Shown piece by piece: positions 35,200 to 43,126 of a DNA stretch of 43,126 nucleotides. How positions within the stretch are numbered: the stretch's first letter is position 1; each line of letters starts with the position of its first letter. The notes beneath the pieces are model-generated. The model was given only the letters and a program-made list of their open reading frames with translations. It had not been told where the DNA came from and made no database searches. The translations under genes and the position numbers were made by a program. Location of the stretch: NCBI GenBank assembly GCA_948762645.1, contig CAQBRY010000004.1:1-43126 (forward strand), in the 5' to 3' direction. This DNA comes from an uncultured Eubacteriales bacterium. GTDB lineage: Bacteria; Bacillota; Clostridia; Oscillospirales; Acutalibacteraceae.

Positions 35200-35208
35200 A
35201 GTTTACTA

Positions 35209-35871
35209 TTAACTTATTTTTCTATAGATCATATTTATTATAATCTTTTCTCTTCTTGAAACCTGAACCTGTGTAAGATTTAATACTTTAGCCGTCTTAG
35301 ATTGGGTTAAACCTTTAAAATATCTAAGGCGTATTAAAGTTTTGTCTTGGTCGCACAAACTTTCAAAGGCCTCAGATAAAAGTATATTTTCAGAAATTTT
35401 ATCTTCATCAAATTCAACGGGTATGTCTATTTGATTATTACTATCTTCACAATCTTCATTATATGACGTCAAGGACATCGGAACTTTAGAAACCTCCAAG
35501 GCTTCCAAAATTTTTTCTGACTCTACTTCAAATTTTTTACATAATTCACTAATCGTAGGCTGCCGTTCGTGCTTTAACAAAAAATCTTCACATTCTTTTT
35601 TTACCTTAATAGATAAATCTTTAAGTTTTCTCCCGACTTTTATACTGCTATTATTTCTAAATAACTGTTTAATCTCGCCAAGAATAACCGGTACGGCATA
35701 AGTAGAAAACTGCAAACCTCTATTTTTATCAAACGAACGCACAGCTTTAACAAGACCTATACATCCAGATTGAAATATATCGTCATAGTCTAGATTTCTA
35801 TATTTAAATCTTTTTGCACAGGAATGTACGAGTCCTATGTTATCATTTACTATTTTGTCTTCATCTTGCAT
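35209..35871 (-). CDS. sigF: sporulation sigma factor SigF
   Basis: The region 2 to region 4 motifs DDIFQSGCIGLVKAVRSFD, FSTYAVPVILGEIK and TQVQVSRREK are present, and the gene follows spoIIAB. At 220 aa it is about 30 aa shorter at the N-terminus than B. subtilis SigF. Confidence 0.85.
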   Translation of the reverse strand: MQDEDKIVNDNIGLVHSCAKRFKYRNLDYDDIFQSGCIGLVKAVRSFDKNRGLQFSTYAVPVILGEIKQLFRNNSSIKVGRKLKDLSIKVKKECEDFLLKHERQPTISELCKKFEVESEKILEALEVSKVPMSLTSYNEDCEDSNNQIDIPVEFDEDKISENILLSEAFESLCDQDKTLIRLRYFKGLTQSKTAKVLNLTQVQVSRREKIIINMIYRKIS

Positions 35872-36310
35872 TTTTAGTGGGCCTTCGTATTATGTACTTT
35901 TCTAAGGTTACGGTCGTACCCTTTCCTATTTTCGAAACAACTTTTATCTTATCCATAAAACTCTGCATAACAGCGAAACCAAGTCCTGATCTTTCACTCC
36001 CACCGGTTGTAAATAAAGGTTCCATGGCCTGATCCACGTCTTCTATACCGCATCCTTTATCACGTATCTTTACCATTATTCTTCCATTTTCATAAATTTT
36101 AGATGATATGTAAATTGTACCGAGTTTATTTTTATATGCATGTACAATCGAATTCGTAACTGCTTCTGATACAGCCGTTTTAATATCAGCAATTTCATCA
36201 ATAGTAGGGTCAAGTTGAGCTACAAACGCCGAAACAGCAGTTCTTGCAAATCCCTCATTGTACGATCTGCTTAAAAAATTTAAATTCATCTCATTTATAA
36301 CATTAACCAT
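35861..36310 (-). CDS. spoIIAB: anti-sigma F factor (serine kinase) SpoIIAB
   Basis: NEGFARTAVSAFVAQLDPTIDEIADIKTAVSEAVTNSIVHAY, with G-boxes DKGCGI and SGLGF. TGA stop at the expected length. Confidence 0.9.
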   Translation of the reverse strand: MVNVINEMNLNFLSRSYNEGFARTAVSAFVAQLDPTIDEIADIKTAVSEAVTNSIVHAYKNKLGTIYISSKIYENGRIMVKIRDKGCGIEDVDQAMEPLFTTGGSERSGLGFAVMQSFMDKIKVVSKIGKGTTVTLEKYIIRRPTKNAR

Positions 36311-36331
36311 AAAAAATTGTCTCCCCTTAAT

Positions 36332-36634
36332 TTAAAATATTCCAAGCTTCATAAGTCCGGATAGCTTGACCATTCTTTCAATTCTCTTTGGTATATTTAT
36401 TACCTTAAGTTTTCCTCCGGTAGTTACCATAAGTTTATATCTTCCCATTATTAGGCCTATTCCTGAGCTATCCATAAACTGTACTTTTTCAAAATCTAAA
36501 TTTGTAAGTTTTGGCCCCTTGGAAGAAATATTTGCATCTATTTTCTCTCTTATATCTTTCGCCGTATGATGATCTATGTCTCCCTCTACGAAAGCCGTCA
36601 AAATACCATCGCTAAATTCTATTCTGACACCCAT
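36332..36634 (-). CDS. spoIIAA: anti-sigma F factor antagonist SpoIIAA (STAS domain)
   Basis: 100 aa. FMDSSGIGLIMGRYK contains the phosphorylatable Ser context. It is the first gene of the spoIIA operon. Confidence 0.85.
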   Translation of the reverse strand: MGVRIEFSDGILTAFVEGDIDHHTAKDIREKIDANISSKGPKLTNLDFEKVQFMDSSGIGLIMGRYKLMVTTGGKLKVINIPKRIERMVKLSGLMKLGIF

Positions 36635-36687
36635 TTATTTTTCACCTACTATTATACTGATTTTTTAAAATATTAAAGTATTTTAAG

Positions 36688-36729
36688 CATAAAATATAAA
36701 ATTCTCTTATTCTTTTTTAGAATAAGAGA
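36688..36729 (-). terminator. putative terminator downstream of valS
   Basis: Perfect 10-bp stem TCTCTTATTC / GAATAAGAGA with a 7-nt loop, followed on the minus strand by ATTTTATATTTT. Confidence 0.5.
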
Positions 36730-36847
36730 TAAATAATTTTTCTTTTGTAAAATTCCGTCGAAAAAATAAATTATTATATTAAAAATTTTAAAATTGTAAA
36801 TTACTAATTTTTATTTTCCTATGGAGTCTTATACATTTAAAAGCATT

Positions 36848-39478
36848 TTATAATTTTTCAATATTCTTAATTTCCGACTCTATTTTTAAAATCTTACTTT
36901 CAAGTTCTAAAACAGTATTTTTAATATTATTAATAACATTTTCCGGCGCTTTGGACATAAATTTTTCATTACAAAGTTTAAGCTTAGAACTTTCTAAATA
37001 TCTTTTCGAATTTTCAAGTTCTTTGTTCATCCTTTTAAGTTCTAAATCTTTATCAATGAGCTCTTTAAGGGGAATATATATTTTTGCAAAGCTTGTAAGT
37101 ATAACGGCGCAGTTTTCAATATTAAAATCGTTTCCAAACTTTAAGTTATCTGAATAGGAAAGTTTCTTTATAATATTTTTATACTCTTTTAAATTTGAAA
37201 ATTCTTCGGATAAATCAATATATACAGACGTCTTTTTATTCTGAGGTACGTTCATTTCCGCACGTCTGTTTCTAATTGATCTTATAATCTCTATCACTCT
37301 CTTAACTATGCCTTCGGATCGTTTAAAATCAAAATTTTTATTATACTCCGGAAACTCAGATATCACTATGGACTTCTCGCTTTGAGGAAATGACTGCCAT
37401 ATTTCTTCCGTAATAAATGGCATAAAAGGGTGCAAAAGTTTTAATGTGCCACTCATAATCCAGACTAAAACTTGTTTATTGCCAATGCAGTCTTTTGGAT
37501 TTTCTAAAATATTAATCTTAGAAAATTCTATATACCAATCACAAAATTCATCCCATATAAAATCGTATAACTTTTGAAGCGCAAGACCAAGCTCAAATTT
37601 TTCAATATTTTCTGTCACTTCAAGCACTATATTATTAAACCTGCTAATTATCCATTTGTCAGTCTCGCTTAAGTCATCCGGTATTTCGTTTTTTACATCT
37701 TGACCTTCTAAATTCATATGAATAAACCTTGCTGCATTCCATATTTTATTAGCAAAGTTTCTGCTTGAAAGTACTTTTTCATCAGAAAACCTCATGTCAT
37801 TTCCAGGACTGTTTCCCGTTGCCAAAGTAAATCTTAATGCGTCCGCACCGTACTTTTCGATAACTTCAATTGGATCCACTCCATTTCCCAAAGACTTAGA
37901 CATTTTCCTTCCCTGAGAGTCTCTTACAAGGCCATGTATAAATACATTCTTAAAAGGTATTTTTCCAGTCATCTCAAGGCTGCTGAAAATCATCTTAGAT
38001 ACCCAGAAAAATATAATGTCATATCCGGTTACTAACGTATCGGTTGGGAAAAAGTGTTTAAACTCGTCTGTTTCATCAGGCCACCCGAAAACTGAAAACG
38101 GCCACAAAGCAGATGAAAACCATGTATCTAACGTGTCTTCATCCTGAACTATATTTTTGCTTTTACATTTAGAACATTCTTTAGCAGGTTCTTTAGATAC
38201 GGTAATTTCTCCACAGTCACTGCAATACCAAGCAGGTATTCGATGTCCCCACCAGAGCTGACGTGATATGCACCAATCTTTCACGTTTTCCATCCAATGA
38301 TAATATATTTTGCTAAACCTCTCGGGTATAAATTTTACATCCCCATTTTTTACACAATCTATAGCGGGTCCTGCAAGAGGTTTCATTTTTACGAACCACT
38401 GCGTAGATACTCTCGGCTCTATAACAGATGAGCATCTATAACAGCTGCCGACGTTATGCTTAATATCTTCCGTTTTTAAAAGGGCTCCCAATTCTTCCAA
38501 ATCGCTTACTATCTTTTTCCTTGCTTCATATCTGGAAAGTCCCTGATACTTACCCGCTTCATCGTTTAATACTGCATTTTCGTCCATTATGTTAATTACA
38601 GGTAAATTATGTCTAAGACCTACTTCAAAGTCGTTAGGATCGTGAGCGGGAGTGATTTTTACAACCCCCGTTCCAAAATCCATCTTTACATATTCATCGG
38701 ATACTATTGGTATTTCACGCCCTATAATAGGTACTATTACCTTTTTGCCTATTAAATGTTTAAATCTTTCATCATCTGGATGTACAGCCAAAGCAGTATC
38801 ACCAAGCATAGTTTCGGGTCTGGTTGTAGCTATAACTACGAACTCATTGCTTCCAAGTATTTGATATTTTATATGCCAGAAATTGCCCTGGTTCTCTTCA
38901 AAATTAACTTCTGAATCAGATATAGACGTCAAACATTTCGGGCACCAATTTATAATACGTTTGCCCCTATATATAAGTCCCTTTTCATAAAGCCTTACGA
39001 AAAATTCCGATACAGCTTTGCTGCATCCTTCATCCATAGTAAATCTCTCATGAGCCCAATCGCAACAGCACCCTATTTTCTTAACTTGCTCTGATATGAA
39101 ACCACCGTATTCTTCTTTCCACTTCCATGCTCGGTTTAAAAATTCTTCTCTTCCAAGATCTTCTTTTTTTATACCTTCTTTTCGCATTTGCTCAGTAATC
39201 TTAGCTTCTGTGGCTATAGCTGCATGGTCAATTCCCGGAACCCACAGTACATTATATCCCTTCATCCTTTTAAACCTTACCAATATATCTTGAAGAGTAT
39301 CGTCTAAAGCATGACCCATATGTAATTTTCCCGTGATGTTTGGTGGGGGCATCACTACAGTATATACCTCTTTAGAATCATCTATATTACTTTTAAAAAA
39401 ACCACTGCATTCCCAAAAATCATAAAGTTTCTTTTCAACATCTTTGGGTTCATAGATCTTTCCCAGTTCTCTACTCAC
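36848..39478 (-). CDS. valS: valine--tRNA ligase
   Basis: HMGH and KMSKS motifs plus a C-terminal coiled coil. The GTG at 39478 (MSRELGKIYEPKDVE) has GGAGGA 8 nt upstream; the track ORF is extended to TTG 39505. Confidence 0.95.
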   Translation of the reverse strand: MSRELGKIYEPKDVEKKLYDFWECSGFFKSNIDDSKEVYTVVMPPPNITGKLHMGHALDDTLQDILVRFKRMKGYNVLWVPGIDHAAIATEAKITEQMRKEGIKKEDLGREEFLNRAWKWKEEYGGFISEQVKKIGCCCDWAHERFTMDEGCSKAVSEFFVRLYEKGLIYRGKRIINWCPKCLTSISDSEVNFEENQGNFWHIKYQILGSNEFVVIATTRPETMLGDTALAVHPDDERFKHLIGKKVIVPIIGREIPIVSDEYVKMDFGTGVVKITPAHDPNDFEVGLRHNLPVINIMDENAVLNDEAGKYQGLSRYEARKKIVSDLEELGALLKTEDIKHNVGSCYRCSSVIEPRVSTQWFVKMKPLAGPAIDCVKNGDVKFIPERFSKIYYHWMENVKDWCISRQLWWGHRIPAWYCSDCGEITVSKEPAKECSKCKSKNIVQDEDTLDTWFSSALWPFSVFGWPDETDEFKHFFPTDTLVTGYDIIFFWVSKMIFSSLEMTGKIPFKNVFIHGLVRDSQGRKMSKSLGNGVDPIEVIEKYGADALRFTLATGNSPGNDMRFSDEKVLSSRNFANKIWNAARFIHMNLEGQDVKNEIPDDLSETDKWIISRFNNIVLEVTENIEKFELGLALQKLYDFIWDEFCDWYIEFSKINILENPKDCIGNKQVLVWIMSGTLKLLHPFMPFITEEIWQSFPQSEKSIVISEFPEYNKNFDFKRSEGIVKRVIEIIRSIRNRRAEMNVPQNKKTSVYIDLSEEFSNLKEYKNIIKKLSYSDNLKFGNDFNIENCAVILTSFAKIYIPLKELIDKDLELKRMNKELENSKRYLESSKLKLCNEKFMSKAPENVINNIKNTVLELESKILKIESEIKNIEKL

Positions 39479-39617
39479 TATAATTATCCTCCATTTTAAT
39501 ATCAATTAAATAAAAATTATCCCATAGTTAAAGCATGAAGTCAATTTACAATATATAAAGTGTAAAATGTTAAATAAATATTGCCACACAATTGTATTAC
39601 AATAAAAAATAACATAA

Positions 39618-40761
39618 TTAATTATTATTAAAAATCAATTTTTGAATAAAATCTTTTGGATTTACAATTTTAAATCTATTATTCTCTATATGTGATGTAT
39701 CTTTCAACGTTTGAAGAAGGTCGTCATTAAAAATGTCGGGTCTAACCTGTAAGCCAAGAGCCAATATTCCACACAGTACAGGCACACTTCCACTCTGAGA
39801 AGGACATTGATATACGTAAGAATATTCTTCGACATTCCTTACTTCCGAAGTAGTCCTACAACCGCAAGGAACACATATTAAATCATATATTGAATTAGTA
39901 TCCCTCAAAGACAATAAAAATGTTTCTTCATTATCTTGTAAATTTTTTATAATTGATCCGCCTAAAAAAGCATTTTGACACGTTATCAAGATATTTGTAG
40001 TCCAAATAACAGCTTTGAATACTATCTTTAGTATCTAAAACCAATATATCATTTTGTTTTGCACGTACTAAAGCTTGTTCCCACAATTCACCATTTTCCA
40101 TAGTATTTCCGGCTGTAGCTGACGGAGCTGACGATACTGATACTATTCTAATTTTTTGTTCTTGCGGTAAAGATTTATTTTTTTCTGTTATATAATCCAG
40201 TGCATCAGCAAAATATTTAGCATCTCCAATTGCAGGAACTTCCACTTCAGGTGCAATACCCGTGGCCTTGCCTGAGAGTAACCCTGTTACAAAAGGTCCA
40301 TGATAACTTGTTCCGGAATATTTATTTGAATTAATTATATCTTCCGGAAAAAATGATTTAAACTCTACTATTGAATCTTTATACTCCGGATGGTCTAAAG
40401 ATTTTCCCATACACTGATCTATGGCTGCTACATGAACATCTTTACCTGTTACTCCCTGATTATGTAAATCTTTTATTCCCATACCCGGATATTTTGCATC
40501 TTCTAATACTTGGTCAGGACTTAATTCATCCGGAAGTTTAGAAGTCTCAGACCAAATAGTGCTTTGATTAAAAAATAATGACCTTAAAAGTGACTCATCT
40601 TCGATGGTACATCTGGACAAATTTTTATTTCTTACGTCTTCCCCTTCAGATACAGAAAACTTAGGTAAAAGCTTATAAATAAAATATCCTCCTCATAAAA
40701 CCAAAACAAGTGCTAGTACCGAAAATAAAACTACTTTAAGATTATTTTTTAAATTAACCAT
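39618..40761 (-). pseudogene. disrupted S8 (subtilisin-like) serine peptidase gene with N-terminal membrane anchor
   Basis: ATG at 40761 gives MVNLKNNLKVVLFSVLALVLVL, then an in-frame TGA (40695-40693). The same frame continues into the 229-aa ORF, which carries VAAIDQ (Asp box) and SYHGPFVTG (His box). A frame switch around 39930-40060 leads into the 123-aa ORF carrying SQSGSVPVLCGILAL (Ser box). Confidence 0.55.
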
Positions 40762-40967
40762 TATTATTTTTTCCCCTCAAAATTTAACATTTTAAATAGC
40801 ACAACCCGAATTATAACATTTATATAAAAAAATCAAAATTATTCATTGTTTATATTTAAATCGATATTAAGATTTAATCTCGCTTAAATATTACTCCCCT
40901 AAAAAGTGACATTTTGAATTTCCTTGAATAAATTAAATAGAAATATTTTTTATTGGGGTGAAAAAAT

Positions 40968-41609
40968 TTGTCTGATCAACTTTTATGTATATTTGAATCA
41001 ATTATGATTGTAACAGCACTTTCCATGGATGCTTTCGTCGCAAGTTTTGCATATGGCACCAACAAAGTAAAAATACCTTTTTTATCTGTAACAATTATAA
41101 ACGTAATTTGTAGTTCAATTTTAGCTATATCTCTATTTTTCGGAACGATAATCAAAAATTTTGTTCCAGAATCCTTTACCCACATTATTTGCTTTCTCAT
41201 ATTATTTTTCTTAGGAATATACAAATTGGCAGATAGTATCGTATCAACCATCACTAAGCGTAAAAATATAAGAAAAAATATCAGCTTTAATATGCTGAGC
41301 CTAAATATAAATACATCTATATCGTCAAACAAAGAAGAAGAAAATTATGATACAAAGTCCAAAATACTAATGCCTCTTGAAGCAGTCTCTCTTTCTATTG
41401 CACTTTCTTTAGATGGTTTAGCCGTAGGTATAGGTGCTGCTCTTGTAAACTCAAACAGTGTCCAAATAGTATTATTTTCTCTTGTTTCTGATATGATTGC
41501 AGTTATGCTAGGATGTTTTATTGGAAATAAAATAGCTGAAAAAATCTCTTTTAATCTCTCATGGCTTAGTGGTTTACTTTTAATTATATTATCATTTTTA
41601 AAAATATAA
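40968..41609 (+). CDS. DUF204-family membrane protein (sporulation protein YtaF / MntP-like)
   Basis: Two DUF204 repeats (ALSMDAFVASFAYG and ALSLDGLAVGIGAAL) and about 6 TM segments. TTG start with GGGGTGA upstream. Confidence 0.65.
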   Translation: MSDQLLCIFESIMIVTALSMDAFVASFAYGTNKVKIPFLSVTIINVICSSILAISLFFGTIIKNFVPESFTHIICFLILFFLGIYKLADSIVSTITKRKNIRKNISFNMLSLNINTSISSNKEEENYDTKSKILMPLEAVSLSIALSLDGLAVGIGAALVNSNSVQIVLFSLVSDMIAVMLGCFIGNKIAEKISFNLSWLSGLLLIILSFLKI

Positions 41610-41627
41610 AATAAAAATGATATTTTA

Positions 41628-42632
41628 TTACTTAGGTACAAATCCAACCTTAGAAAATACTCTACTAATCATTTCTTTGGAAATATCATTAGCTTGTCTG
41701 GCTGCTTCTTTGTAGCATTTTTCCATATACCCAAGATCTTTGATATAATCATCAAATTTACTTTGAATTGGTTTAAGCTCATTTGCAACAACAGCAGCTA
41801 CAGATTCCTTTAAATACTTATATCCTTTATCCCTAAATTCATCTTCTGCTTCATTAACATTTTTTCCTGTAATACAGCAATATATATTTATAAGATTGTC
41901 TACACCTGTCATAGATCCACTATATTTTATTTCTGAATTGGAGTCTGTCACTACTTTTCTTAATTTTTTTAATATGTCCTCTTCAGAGTCCAATACAGAA
42001 ATATAAGCATTCCTATTAGAATCAGATTTAGACATCTTCTTTTTAGGATCCTGTAAAGACATTATCTTAGCTCCCACTTTAGGTATAAGAGGCTCAGGCA
42101 TCGTAAATACTTCCCCATAAATACCATTAAATCTTCCCGCTACATTTCTTGCAAGTTCTACATGCTGTTTCTGATCTATACCTACTGGTATTAAATGTGT
42201 TTTATATAACAATATGTCCGATGCCATTAGGGTTGGATAACAAAATAGTCCTACGTTAATATTCTCAGAATATCTACTGGATTTATCCTTAAATTGAGTC
42301 ATTCTAGATAGTTCACCAAACTGAGTATAGCAATTTAATATCCATGCAAGTTCCGCGTGTGTGTGTACATGGCTTTGTATAAAAAATATACTTTTTTTAG
42401 GATCTACTCCACATGATAAAAATAATGCATATGTTTGCAAAATATTTTTATGGAACTCTTTTGGATCTTGTCTGACAGTGATAGTATGAAGATCTGCTAA
42501 AGAAAAAATACAATTATATTTTTCTTGTAAAGGTATCCAATTCTTTATTGCACCTAAATAATTACCTAAAGTTATAGTGCCACTCGGTTGAATAGCACTA
42601 AATACATTTTTTTTATCTTTATCAAACGTCAT
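41628..42632 (-). CDS. trpS: tryptophan--tRNA ligase
   Basis: SAIQPSGTITLGNYLGA (HIGH-type region) and KMSKS. The ATG at 42632 has GGAGG 7 nt upstream; the track ORF is extended to 42677. Confidence 0.95.
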   Translation of the reverse strand: MTFDKDKKNVFSAIQPSGTITLGNYLGAIKNWIPLQEKYNCIFSLADLHTITVRQDPKEFHKNILQTYALFLSCGVDPKKSIFFIQSHVHTHAELAWILNCYTQFGELSRMTQFKDKSSRYSENINVGLFCYPTLMASDILLYKTHLIPVGIDQKQHVELARNVAGRFNGIYGEVFTMPEPLIPKVGAKIMSLQDPKKKMSKSDSNRNAYISVLDSEEDILKKLRKVVTDSNSEIKYSGSMTGVDNLINIYCCITGKNVNEAEDEFRDKGYKYLKESVAAVVANELKPIQSKFDDYIKDLGYMEKCYKEAARQANDISKEMISRVFSKVGFVPK

Positions 42633-42673
42633 ATACTTGCCTCCAATAATATCTAATAGATTACTGAATTTTA

Positions 42674-42874
42674 TCATATACTATTTATTTTTTCAATTTT
42701 GTAAAAATATTCCAGAAACATCTGAGCAAGCATAGCCATAAATTCCGTGCCGATATTCAAATTAAATATTGCTCTTACTCCAATGGATTCATCAGTATGT
42801 GGTCCAACATAAATCATAAATTGGTGTTCATTAAGAAGCGGTTTTAGTTCTAGCATAAATTTTTCTAAGTCCAT
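42674..42874 (-). CDS. hypothetical small protein
   Basis: 66-aa ORF with GGAGGTG just upstream. No family recognised. Confidence 0.3.
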   Translation of the reverse strand: MDLEKFMLELKPLLNEHQFMIYVGPHTDESIGVRAIFNLNIGTEFMAMLAQMFLEYFYKIEKINSI

Positions 42875-42892
42875 GCCACCTCCATCTGTTCG

Positions 42893-43081
42893 TTATACAC
42901 TTAAAATGAAACGTTCTAAAGGAATGGCAAAAAAGTTAGATGTCTCTTTAGGATTTTTTATTGTCATTATAAAATCGGCAACATACCATTTATCTCCTAT
43001 TTTATATAAATTTACGGCATGCATATTTCCTTGATCTTGCACTTGGCTTATTAAGTGGTATAGGAATTTATGGAATAGCAA
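42893..43081 (-). CDS. hypothetical ORF / possible gene fragment at the window edge
   Basis: 62-aa ORF with a TTG start. The HAVNLYKIGDKWYVADF segment faintly resembles the His..Asp part of transglutaminase-like cores. An in-frame TGA lies just upstream, near the window end. Confidence 0.25.
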   Translation of the reverse strand: MLFHKFLYHLISQVQDQGNMHAVNLYKIGDKWYVADFIMTIKNPKETSNFFAIPLERFILSV

Positions 43082-43126
43082 TGAACTATGGGATAGAAAA
43101 AAGAATTGTCATGGGATTACCTTTTG

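Noticed and set aside
39479-39617. T-box leader upstream of valS (also checked upstream of trpS at 42633-42673 and lysS at 20518-20597)
   Set aside because: The spacers are too short (about 40-140 nt), and I found no T-box core sequence (the TGGTACCGCG-like element) on the relevant strand. The lysS-upstream hairpin is better explained as the greA terminator.
40693-40695. In-frame TGA in the S8-like gene as possible recoding (TGA=Trp/Gly alternative code or selenocysteine)
   Set aside because: Conserved genes in the same window (nfnB at 11068, spoIIAB at 35861) terminate on TGA at the expected protein lengths. The same gene also carries a frameshift, and I saw no SECIS-like hairpin immediately downstream.
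40764-40967. yybP-ykoY manganese riboswitch upstream of the DUF204/MntP-like gene
   Set aside because: No GGGGAGTAG-type conserved core on the plus strand. The only GGGGAGTA string (about 40893-40900) is on the minus strand and lacks the rest of the motif.
1732-41647. Many 60-170-aa ORFs antisense to long conserved genes. Examples: 1732..1932, 3103..3288, 3647..4102, 4863..5060, 7625..7840, 11375..11617, 12465..12893, 13817..14239, 14356..14751, 16716..17018, 18078..18266, 20787..21114, 21688..22323, 22345..22584, 22974..23207, 23629..23877, 24896..25258, 26045..26824, 27203..27715, 28868..29113, 31943..32765, 35814..36032, 36366..36569, 36951..39293, 40976..41647.
   Set aside because: Each is fully nested opposite a gene with clear homology or better coding features. 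They lack an SD, have hydrophobic or low-complexity composition, and match no recognisable family.
1-43126. Search for rRNA, tRNA, CRISPR arrays, IS elements/transposases, integrases or phage genes
   Set aside because: I noticed no GC-rich structured RNA-like islands, no regularly spaced direct repeats, and no transposase, integrase or phage-like ORFs by eye. Small ncRNAs cannot be excluded without covariance-model searches.
42893-43126. Transglutaminase-like cysteine protease fragment at the right edge
   Set aside because: Only a short H..(K/G)WY..D-like segment resembles the family. No Cys motif is visible, the spacing is wrong, and the ORF is truncated by the window end. It is left as a low-confidence hypothetical.

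Overview
AT-rich (roughly 70% A+T by eye) chromosomal segment from a spore-forming low-GC Firmicute, Clostridia-like. This assignment rests on the spoIIAA-spoIIAB-sigF operon, spoIIID, spoIIR, a SpoIVFB-like M50 protease and a SCIFF peptide/maturase pair. There are about 50 protein genes, roughly three quarters on the minus strand, and most are core housekeeping. These include fhs, htrA, radC, nfnAB, ispE, a TIGR03960/TIGR03936 radical SAM pair, lysS, greA, rlmB, ruvX, apbE, ireB, aroQ, yqeG, rpsU, fba, a GldA/F/G-like ABC system, rpsF-ssb-rpsR, valS and trpS. I recognised no rRNA, tRNA, CRISPR array, IS element or prophage. Small lineage-specific insertions with no family I can name sit between the conserved blocks, and they are the interesting part. 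(1) The SCIFF locus: its 45-aa precursor is missing from the ORF track, and an unknown 240-aa lysine-rich gene lies between precursor and maturase. (2) Two paralogous Nif11-like leader-type domains: one stands alone, and one ends in a VSGG double-glycine motif fused to a 2-TM coiled-coil protein. (3) A tandem pair of about 315-aa paralogs with conserved N and C termini and a divergent core; each has its own promoter, (AT)n microsatellite and terminator. (4) A stand-alone PASTA-less non-RD Hanks-type Ser/Thr kinase. (5) A ribosomal protein S21 with a 55-aa low-complexity N-terminal extension. (6) A decayed S8-like peptidase gene. All family assignments come from motif recognition by eye and memory; no searches were run.
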